A stretch of DNA of 64,000 nt from assembly GCA_001600695.1 (NCBI GenBank), contig BCKQ01000003.1:1028654-1092653 (forward strand). The letters run 5' to 3'. Source of the DNA: Ascoidea asiatica JCM 7603 (Eukaryota > Fungi > Ascomycota). The notes beneath the pieces were generated by a model. That model was given only the letters and a program-made list of their open reading frames with translations. It did no database searches and was not told the DNA's origin. Below, in pieces: positions 37,162 to 46,488 of this stretch (position 1 is its first letter; every line of letters begins with the position of its first letter). A program made the position numbers and the translations under genes.

Positions 37162-37314
37162 GTCACGTGGATTTTACCGTTGGGATGCGCTGGCAGGACC
37201 CCGTGTTTGGCCGCGCTGTCAAACATGGCACAACGCTCAGGCCCAGCCCCAAACAATGAGAAAGGGATTCTATTGGTCCATGCCACAACTTTTTTCACCT
37301 CGAGAGTTGAGTCA
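37162..37314. promoter_or_regulatory. GCN4 promoter motifs: Cbf1-type GTCACGTG (37162-37169) and Gcn4/AP-1-type TGAGTCA (37308-37314)
   Basis: Exact consensus matches inside a GC-rich island upstream of the uORF leader. Confidence 0.55.
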
Positions 37315-37737
37315 CGCTGAGCTCGAGTCCCCAGAGCCAATCAAAAACGGCAAGGGATTAGATTCCCGAGAGGTTGCAGCAACCTCCTGCAGTTATGTAA
37401 TCTTTACTGGTTTTTTTGGTGACTGGTACCCCAAAACTGGTCTCTGTTACTTTTTTTGAAAATGTTCTCGTTCTTTGTGATTATAAACCTTTTGCTTACT
37501 GAAAAATTGATTGAATATTTTATTTACCCATTACTTTATTAACTAGAAATAGAATCATTATAAGTTGAAATACTTTGTTAGTAATGAATTCTGAAGACTC
37601 TTAACTTTCAATATTACCAGTTGAAGTCATGAATACTGAGTGAAATTTGTCAGAAGTATTACAAAAATTATTTGAAAAAGTGTTGTTAGATAATTTTTAT
37701 GAAAGGTTTATTAATATTTGTATTAAATTACTAATTT

Positions 37738-37746
37738 TATTTACAG
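37738..37746 (-). promoter_or_regulatory. Puf3-type element (CTGTAAATA) in the MAS2 3' UTR
   Basis: UGUAAAUA with a 5' C, about 50 nt after the stop codon of a mitochondrial-protein gene. Confidence 0.6.
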
Positions 37747-37796
37747 ATGAATTTGATTGTGATATATTTGAATAGAGTTATAAATAGTCAAAAAAA

Positions 37797-39374
37797 TCAA
37801 GAAAACCATCCTTTCTTTTTAACAATTGGTTCTGTAGTTTTTATATCAAATTTTCCTAATCCATATCTTTTACAAACACCTTCAATATCACCAAATGCTT
37901 CTCTATTACCTTGAATAATAATTGTTGGTTTACCTGTACCATTTCCAATATTATTAACATTACCAGTGATAACTCTTTCTGCTACATTTCTAATATCTTT
38001 GATTGTAACACTTTCAATTTTTTCAATCATTTCTTTTAATGCAATTTTTTTATTATGAACTTGTAATTGTCTTCCAATATCTTCTAATTCAACCATTTTA
38101 CTTTCTAAATTCATTAATAATGAAGATTTTAATTGATTTTTAGCTCTATTAACTTCATTTATTTTTAATTCTCCTTTACCTAATGTAAATGTATTAAATA
38201 ATTCTTTACAAATAACTTCAACAAGATATGGTTCTGCTTTTGGTATACATGCTGAACTTATACCAAATAATCCTGAATCTGTATATGAATGATTAAAAGC
38301 TTGACAATTTTCAATATATCCAAATTGATTTAAAACTTGAGTATATAATCTTGAATACATTCCTTTTCCAGGTCCACCTGCAGAAAATGATCCTCCTCCA
38401 CCAAGTAATGTTTGTAATGTTGCTAATGCATAAATATCTGGATCATTTAATGATAATCCTTCAAATCCAATATAAAATTGTGCAAATTCTGGTAAATTTC
38501 CAAATGATGGTGGTAATGGTAATGAATATTCTCCACCTATATAATGAGAAATTTCTTTTTTTGGTTTAATAATATTTGAATTTAAAATTGAAGATTTCAT
38601 TTCTGAAAAATATTTTTCACTTAATTTTATTGCTTTTGATTTTTCAACTCCAATAAATGAAATAACTAAATTTTCTGGATTATAAAATAATTTTCTATAT
38701 TTTAAAAAATCATCTCTATTAATATAATTTAATCTTTCTTTTGGACATAATAATGGTGAACCTAAAGTTAAATTATTATAAGCAGTTGTATGTAAAATTT
38801 CTGGTAAAATAATATCTGATTTCATCCAAATTTCTCCAATTTCATAATCTGCAATTTGTTTTTGTTCATTAATTTCATCATTTGTTAAATTTGGATATAA
38901 AATTGATTGTGAAAATAATTTTAACAATTTTTCTAAATCTTTATTAAAAACTGATCCTTGATACATTATTGATTCTCTTGATGATGCACACATAAAATTT
39001 CCACCAAGTTTTTCTAAATTTTTTATCATTTCTGTACCTGAATAATCTTTTGTTGAATTAAATGCTAATCTATCAATTAAATGTGATATACCAATTAATC
39101 CATTTTCTTCATTTTCATATCTTGAACCTGCATCAATATAAATTCCTAAAGCTGAAAAATGTCCAGGTAATGGATTTGTTGCAATTCTTATACCATTTGA
39201 TAATGTACTAAATTCATAAGGTTCTTTATTATCTATTGAATATGATGGAAGTGATGATAAATTTCTTATATTACTTAAATTTGATCTATTTATTTTATCT
39301 GTTTTAAATATATTATTATTATTATTTAAACCTTTAAAAGATTTAGATAAATTAAGTACTTTTCTATTAAACAT
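37797..39374 (-). CDS. MAS2: Mitochondrial processing peptidase alpha subunit
   Basis: Glycine-rich loop GGGGSFSAGGPGKGMYSRLY and GISHLIDRLAF. First ATG at 39374 gives a basic presequence MFNRKVLNLSKSF. The track start at 39503 is a non-ATG codon. Confidence 0.97.
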   Translation of the reverse strand: MFNRKVLNLSKSFKGLNNNNNIFKTDKINRSNLSNIRNLSSLPSYSIDNKEPYEFSTLSNGIRIATNPLPGHFSALGIYIDAGSRYENEENGLIGISHLIDRLAFNSTKDYSGTEMIKNLEKLGGNFMCASSRESIMYQGSVFNKDLEKLLKLFSQSILYPNLTNDEINEQKQIADYEIGEIWMKSDIILPEILHTTAYNNLTLGSPLLCPKERLNYINRDDFLKYRKLFYNPENLVISFIGVEKSKAIKLSEKYFSEMKSSILNSNIIKPKKEISHYIGGEYSLPLPPSFGNLPEFAQFYIGFEGLSLNDPDIYALATLQTLLGGGGSFSAGGPGKGMYSRLYTQVLNQFGYIENCQAFNHSYTDSGLFGISSACIPKAEPYLVEVICKELFNTFTLGKGELKINEVNRAKNQLKSSLLMNLESKMVELEDIGRQLQVHNKKIALKEMIEKIESVTIKDIRNVAERVITGNVNNIGNGTGKPTIIIQGNREAFGDIEGVCKRYGLGKFDIKTTEPIVKKKGWFS

Positions 39375-39694
39375 TTTTAAGAATATAAACAAAATGGGAA
39401 ATTTTTCTTTAATGAATATTTTCAAAATAAAAAATTTCAAATCTGAGATTTTTAAATTGAAGATTAAATTTAAATTCAAATAATTATCAGTGATAATCTC
39501 CAAAATTTCATTGAATATTTCAATATTTCACTTATTCATCACTCTCAATCAACAAAATCAAAGTTATTTTCTTTACACTGCAAAAGAAACAAAAAGATTA
39601 AAATTAAAATAAAAAAAAAAGTACTTTATCACGTGATACAAACATTTGGTAAATGACTACATAAATTATTTTCTTTCAAAAAAGAACAGCTTCA

Positions 39695-39793
39695 CTCCCG
39701 GTGGCCAAGCTGGCTAAGGCGCGAGACTGTAATGTTTCACTTTGTGAGAACAAAGTAATCTTGAGATCGGGTGTTCGACTCACCCCCGGGAGA
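39695..39793 (+). tRNA. tRNA-Tyr(GUA) with a 25-nt intron (39733-39757)
   Basis: Acceptor stem CTCCCGG/CCGGGAG, D arm GCCAAGCTGGCTAAGGC, anticodon GTA at 39729-39731, T arm GGGTG-TTCGACT-CACCC, followed by an oligo-T Pol III terminator. Closely resembles yeast tRNA-Tyr genes. Confidence 0.97.
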
Positions 39794-39975
39794 TTTCTTT
39801 TTTTTTATCCACTTTATTATTCAATAATAAATTACATCTTCTATCATTAACTCAATTTGATTTACAAAAATTACAATAGAAATCGATAATTTGACTCATA
39901 AACATTATCTAGAAAAGGATATATTATATTGAATTAAGTAAAGAATGAAATTAAAAAAAAATTAAGCACTACACA

Positions 39976-40069
39976 TTACAGCCTCCAGTTTGAATGAATA
40001 TTTAAATCATTTTTTTCCAAATTATTTGTCGGATTTATTACTGGATTTGGTGAAATATTATTATGTGCA

Positions 40070-40107
<38 letters not shown>

Positions 40108-43100
40108 GTTTATATTATGAGAATTTATATTATTGTTATTTAAATTATGAGAATTTAAATCATTTGAATTTATATTAGAATTCATATTTGAAGTATTAGT
40201 AGAATTCATATCATGATAATTATCATAATTTGTATGATATGGATTAATACTAAAATTTGTATCAAAAGAAAAAGGTAAAGAATTAATTCCTGCATATAAA
40301 TTTGAATTTGTTTCTTGATTTATAATTGAATCTAATTCATTTGGATCAAATAAATCAACTGAATTATAGTTAAATATTCCACCAGCTTTACTAAAAATAT
40401 TTAAATCATTTATTATATTAGAATTATTATCAATTGCATTGTTATTACTATTATAATTATTATTATTAGTATTATTAATATTATGAATATTATGAATATT
40501 AATAGGATGAGAATTAAGATTATCATTGTGATTATGATTGAAGTTGTTATTATGAATAATATTGTTATTAGTATTATTATTATTGATATTATCATTTTCA
40601 TTATTATTAACAAAATATCCAAGAGGTAATGAATATGAATCTTTTATTTCATTATTATTTTCATTTTGCAGTATTGAAGTTGAATTTAAATTTGAATCTA
40701 AATTTGAATCTAAATTTGAATCTAAATTTGAATCTAAATTTGAATCTAAATTTGAATCAGTACGTGAATCTAAAATAGTACTTGAATTACTTTCATTTGT
40801 ATTATAACTTTCTGGAGTTAATGCAGTTGGAATACTTGCTAATGAATTATTATATAAAGAATTTAATAAAGCATTAAATTGTCCAGTATCAAATTTATTA
40901 TCATTTGAATCATTATTATCATTCATAATTTCTGGAGTTGAATCTTCATCAAGATCATTTAAATTTGTTAAATAATTTAAATCTTTTTCAGTTTTTAAAA
41001 TATCTTCATTTTCATCTATTGAAATTTTTTTATTTGTTAATTTTGACATAATTAATAATAATCTACCTGTAATAATTTTAAGTAAAGAAAATTTTGAATT
41101 ATTTACAAAAAAATTTTCATAACTTGTAATTAATAAATTTATATCATTTTTTGTATCAATAGAATTTGGAAATAAAATTATAAATTCAAATAAAATTGCA
41201 AAAGCTGGTAAAAACCAAGAAAATACAACTAAATCTCTTGCAAATGCATTTTTTAAAAATTTTGAACATTTTAAAATTTGTCTTGCAGAATCTGCACATC
41301 TAAATAAACCAACACCATTTTTACCATTTAAATTTAATTTAAAATTATTTGAAGACCATGGTACATTAACAATAATTCTATTTATTATCATAATTTGATA
41401 ATAATAAGATAAATGTAAAACTAAAATATTTGAATTTATATCTTTTTTTGCAACAGATTGTTGTATTGAAGTTAAAGAATTATCATTTAAATTCCAAGAA
41501 ATATTATAACCAGGTCTAATTTGTATTGGAATATTATCTTTCCATTCATCTAAATCATTTGATAAAGATAATACATGATTAATAATGTTATTATCATTAT
41601 TATCATTATTATTATCAAAATTTGTTGAAGAAGTTGCAGAAAATAATTTTAAATAACATTTTGAAGCTAATTTTGTAAAAGTTGAAATTGAATAACCAAA
41701 ACATAATAAAAATCCTTCAAAAGAATTTTCTAATAATAATTTATTTAAATAAAAAGATAAATTTGAATTAAATTGTTTTAAATTAATTTTAAATTTTTTT
41801 AATAATTTATATTTAAAAAATGAATCAGTATCAACATTAACATCTAATTCATTAACAATTGGTGGTTTACCAGTTCTATAACAAGACATTTTATCCATAT
41901 AATAACAAATATTCCAACATAATCTTCTTGAATCAATTTCAAATTTATTTAAACCATAATAAGATTCTTTTCTATGAAGACCCATAGATTGAGCTAATCT
42001 AATTGCAGTTGAAGTAAACATATAATTTGATTGTAAACAAATTGTTGAAGAAGAATGAATTGATAATAATAAAATACCTTGAATAGATTTTAAACCTTCA
42101 CCAATTAAAGAAATTCTATGATAATAATAAATTGAATTAATTAAATAATCATTTTCCATTTTATGTAATTGATTAATAGAAATTGAAGAAGCAAAAGAAA
42201 AAGTATTATCATTTTTATGAACTTCTTTTAAATCAGCTAATAAAGAAGAAGTTTGAGATATTAAAATATTAATTATTAATAAATCAGAAAAAGTTAATTT
42301 ATCTTTTTTAAATTTTATTTTATTATTTTTTGAATAACATTTTTCAAAAATTTTTTTAATTTCAATTATTGATAAAATTCTAAATGGAGATTCAATTTGA
42401 TAAATAAAACCAAAAATTATCATTGCAATTTTTTTATTTGGTAATGGAGTTAAATTTAATTTTGAAATTGGAGAACTATAAATTTTAGATTGAAAAGTTT
42501 CAAGTTTATGATATTTTATATGTAAAGATTTTAATGGATCTAATAAAATTTTTGAATCAATTTTTGATAAATTTTTTTTTAAATAATTTAAACCATTTTG
42601 ACTAAAAATTGAATAACAAATTTGAGGACCTATAAAAGTTTTAATTGTTGAATTTGAATTAAGGTATGTATTTGTATTTGAATTTATTAATGAAGATGAA
42701 TCACTAGATTCATGAGATGTACATATTGGATTTTGAATATATTCAGAATCATGATTTATATAATCTAAATCATCTATTATATTGTTATCGAGATTGTTAT
42801 CGAGATTGTTATTAATATTATTATTTGAATTGGGATTATCATCAATATCATTATTATGATTATCATCAATATCACTATTATGATTATCATCAATATGATT
42901 ATTATGAATATGATTATTATTATCATTGGTAATATTATGTGGAATATTTTGAATTAATTTATTTATTAAAGTTTCCATTTTAGATAATCTTGTTGATAAA
43001 GTTTTTACAGCAATTGAAGTTGTAATTTTTGGAGAAGATCTTCTTTTTCTTTTTCTTTCTTTATTTGTTAAAAAAGTACAATTAATTTTAGAAATTTTAC

Positions 43101-43317
43101 AATTATGACAAGGTATACCACCAAAACATTTTATTTTTCTTTTTCTACAAAGATCACAAGCTTTTGTTCTTGTAGTTGTAGACATTGTTATATTTGTATT
43201 AGTTATATTTTGATTTGAATTTATTGAAGATTCTGATTTTTTAATATTTTTAATTTCATCCATTTTATTAATTTTATTAATTTTATTCATATTTATTATG
43301 TCTTTACTTGTTTCCAT
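39976..43317 (-). CDS. Zn(II)2Cys6 transcription factor with a fungal middle-homology domain (probably Hal9/Tac1/Pdr1-like group)
   Basis: ACDLCRKRKIKCFGGIPCHNCKISKINC; AIRLAQSMGLHR..RRLCW..YYMDK..TGKPP. The subfamily is suggested only by the FIGPQ..YSIFS block. Confidence 0.9.
40687..40758. repeat. Coding 12-bp tandem repeat, 6 copies (DSNL repeats)
   Basis: TAAATTTGAATC repeated six times. Confidence 0.9.
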
Positions 43318-43654
43318 TTTGAGAAATTTACTACTTTTTTATTGATCCATTAAATGATTAAGTAATTGAATTATCAATTCATTTGAATTTACTAATATAT
43401 ATATATATATATATATAAAATTAAATTAAGCGCTGATAAGAAATTGATTAACAAAGATTGAGATCTGGAACTGGAGTCTCAAAGAGCGTGGAGCTCAGAG
43501 TCTTAAGTCTAGAGCTTGAGTGGAACTGGAAAGTGGCTCGTTCCCGTCTTCGCACCACGCCCCAGCCCCAATCCTAGTTTCTTTGTCTGTTTCTTTGTTA
43601 CTTCTTCTTTGTTTCTTCTTTTTCTGTTCTTTGTCTGTTTCTCTATTTTCCAGC

Positions 43655-43817
43655 CCGGATTCAGAACTTATCCGGCATGCGGCGAGCTCGGACTTTTCAA
43701 AACGATTCCTTCCGGCAATGCTCCGGCACTGCTCCGGCACTGTCAGGGTAGCCATTTGTCTAATCCGGTTGCATTCCGGTTGCATTCCGGTTATTACTTA
43801 CTCTTTTTTATTTCCGG
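43655..43817. promoter_or_regulatory. Cluster of TCCGG motifs in the divergent promoter
   Basis: TCCGG at 43671, 43711, 43722, 43733, 43764, 43775, 43786 and 43813, plus a further CCGG at 43655. Confidence 0.65.
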
Positions 43818-43947
43818 AATTGGATTGATTTTTCATTTATTAATAATATTTTATTTTTCATTTTTTCACTTTATTGATATTGATATTGATTCAATTGACT
43901 TAATTATTAAATAATTTAATAAAGAATATAAATAAAAATCTATAAAA

Positions 43948-44472
43948 ATGGTTAGTTTTAATTGTGAAGTATGTAAATTATTGATTTATATATATATATA
44001 ATAAATAAATGAATACTAATAAATATTATTTAATTAATAGATTTGTAATGAAACAATAATTAAAAGAAAATTAATTAATCATTTTAATAAATGTCCTGAA
44101 GCTTATTTTACATGTATTGATTGTTCAAAAACTTTTTATGATAATGATTTTAATACTCATATAAAATGTATTTCTGAAGATGAAAAATATCAAAAGAAAT
44201 TATATAAAAATAAAAATAAAAATAATAATAAAAATACAATCAAGGAAGTTATCAAAGAAGTTATCAAAGAGGATAATAAAGAAGATGATAAATTATTATT
44301 ATCAAATGAAATTAAATCTTTAATATCTAAAAAAAATAATAAAAAAGATAATTCTCTTTATAAAATAATTAAAAAAATTAATAAAAACAATAAAATTGGA
44401 AATAAAAAATCAATATTAAAAAATTTAAAATTATCTTTATCCACTGATGGTAAAATTATAATTGATATATAA
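43948..44472 (+). CDS. LYAR-type C2HC zinc-finger protein (YCR087C-A-like), 150 aa, two exons: 43948-43968 and 44041-44472
   Basis: Spliced product MVSFNCE|ICNETIIKRKLINHFNKCPEAYFTCIDCSKTF..HIKCISEDEKYQ. The 72-nt intron has a GTATGT donor (43969), a TACTAAT branch site (44014-44020) and a TAG acceptor (44038-44040). Confidence 0.93.
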
Positions 44473-44670
44473 TATATAGTGTTAGTTAAATATTTGATTA
44501 CGTAATGTATTACATAACTACTTATTAATAGAAGTGCTGCTCTGTCGTTAATTACAAATATTATTTACTTTAAAGGATCTTAAAGTTATAAAATTTAACT
44601 TTAACTAAAGTGAATATGAAATAAAAAAAAAAAGATTTAAATATTAGTATTAACAAACAAACAAATGTAA

Positions 44671-44727
44671 TTAGTAATTAGTAATTAGTAATTAGTAATT
44701 AATAATTAGTAATTAATAATTAAGTAA
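44671..44727. promoter_or_regulatory. Tandem array of Yap1-type elements (TTAGTAA)
   Basis: TTAGTAA at 44671, 44678, 44685, 44692 and 44706, with degenerate copies in register, about 200 bp upstream of the reductase ATG. Confidence 0.7.
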
Positions 44728-44896
44728 TTAATATGAATAAAGCTCATTTTTTCAATTATAAATTGAATTCAATTTCCGCAATTTTTTTAATAAATTTTAT
44801 TTAATTTCTTTATCTCTTACTTAAAATATTATTTATTATATTTATTAAATAGTTTATTAAATAGTTTATTGAATAGTTTATTGAATAGTTTATTGA

Positions 44897-46087
44897 ATGA
44901 GTAAATATCCAGAAGAATTTCAAGGTTTAGATATTAGTAAAGATTGGCAACATCCAACTTTAGAATATTTTAAACCAAAAGAATTTGGTTTAAATGATAT
45001 TGATATTGAAATTGAATGTTGTGGAATTTGTGGATCTGATTTATGTACAGCAAAAAAATCATGGGGTGAATTATTAGTTAATAATAATAAATCTAATAAT
45101 AATAAATTTAATCAAAATTCTCAAATTATTGGTCATGAAATTATTGGTAAAATTATAAAAATTGGTAAAAATGTAACTTTACATAAAATTAATGATAGAG
45201 TTGGTATTGGAGCTCAATGTTATTCATGTTTAAATTGTAAAAGATGTAAAAATAATTTTGAACAATATTGTAAAAATTGGATTTTTACATTTAATTCAAT
45301 TTATTCAAATGGTTATATTTCTCAAGGTGGTTTTGCTTCTCATATTAGAATTCATGAATATTTTGCATTTCCAATTCCAAAATTATTAAAAAGTAAATAT
45401 GTTGCTCCATTATTATGTGGTGGTATAACTGTTTATAGTCCATTAATTAATATTTCAAATAGTAATGATAATGGTAATGGTAATGGTAATGAAAAAAATT
45501 TAAAAGGTAAAACTATTGGTATTATTGGTATTGGTGGTTTAGGTCATATGGCAATAATGATTGCTGTAGCTTTAGGTGCAGAAGTTTATGCATTTTCAAG
45601 ATCAAATTCAAAAAAAGATCAAGCTTTAAAAATGGGTGCAAAATATTTTATTGCAACTGATATTAAAAAAAATTGGAATGAAAATTTAAATGATACTTTT
45701 GATTTTATTTTATCTTGTACTTCTAGTATTAATGATAATTTAATTAATCAATTTTTATCAATTTTAAAAATTAATGGAACTTTTTGTTCAGTTTCTATAC
45801 CTGAAGGTAATCAAACTTTTAATATATCTCCATATAGTTTATTATCAAATGGTAGTAAAGTTACAGCTTCTGCTTTAGGTTCAAGAAAAGAAATTATTGA
45901 ATTATTAAATTTAGCTGTAAAATTTAATATTAAACCATGGATTGAAGAAATTCCAATAAGTGAAATTGGTCTTTCTCAAGGTTTAACTAGATTAGATAAA
46001 GGTGATGTTCGTTATAGATTTGTTTTAACTAATTTCCATGATGCTTTCAAAACAGGTGGTGATTCTGATAATACCACCATTGATTAA
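44897..46087 (+). CDS. ADH6: NADPH-dependent cinnamyl-alcohol-type dehydrogenase (Adh6/Adh7 family)
   Basis: CGICGSD, GHEIIG, structural-zinc cysteines, APLLCGGITVYSPL, GIGGLGHM and GDVRYRF. Confidence 0.92.
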   Translation: MSKYPEEFQGLDISKDWQHPTLEYFKPKEFGLNDIDIEIECCGICGSDLCTAKKSWGELLVNNNKSNNNKFNQNSQIIGHEIIGKIIKIGKNVTLHKINDRVGIGAQCYSCLNCKRCKNNFEQYCKNWIFTFNSIYSNGYISQGGFASHIRIHEYFAFPIPKLLKSKYVAPLLCGGITVYSPLINISNSNDNGNGNGNEKNLKGKTIGIIGIGGLGHMAIMIAVALGAEVYAFSRSNSKKDQALKMGAKYFIATDIKKNWNENLNDTFDFILSCTSSINDNLINQFLSILKINGTFCSVSIPEGNQTFNISPYSLLSNGSKVTASALGSRKEIIELLNLAVKFNIKPWIEEIPISEIGLSQGLTRLDKGDVRYRFVLTNFHDAFKTGGDSDNTTID

Positions 46088-46250
46088 ATAACCAAACCAT
46101 TGTATCTTGTTTATCTTTTATTTCTTTGATATTTCAGTTATTTCAATAAATAAATAATCTCGTGCGTGTTACCCTCCCGGTTTGCGCTTACGTAAGCACT
46201 GATTACGTAAAATGCCAAATATCAGATTATTTTTGGCTGTTTTCGAAAAC

Positions 46251-46481
46251 GAATAAAGAATAAAGAATAAAGAATAAAGAATAAAGAATAAACAGATATA
46301 GATATAGATATAGATATAGATATAGATATAGATATAGATATAGATATAGATATAGATATAGATATAGATATAGATATATATAATAGAGTTTGATAGATTA
46401 GAGCAATTGAAGAAGTTTGAGGAAGTGAATTGAAGAAGTGAATTGAGGAAGTGAATTGAGGAAGTGAATTGAGGAAGTGAA
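46251..46481. repeat. Three adjacent tandem repeats: (GAATAAA)6, (GATATA)14 and about 5 copies of GAGGAAGTGAATT
   Basis: Directly visible at 46251-46292, 46295-46378 and 46419-46481. Confidence 0.95.
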
Positions 46482-46488
46482 AATAACA

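Noticed and set aside
39375-39503. N-terminal extension of MAS2 in the ORF track
   Set aside because: It starts at TTG; the first ATG gives a normal mitochondrial presequence.
39695-39793. tRNA as an amber suppressor explaining the TAG at 34532
   Set aside because: The anticodon is GTA, not CTA, and proximity to a tRNA gene has no mechanistic meaning.
43495-43914. ORFs of 96-132 aa in the TCCGG island
   Set aside because: No homology signal; they overlap a motif-dense divergent promoter.
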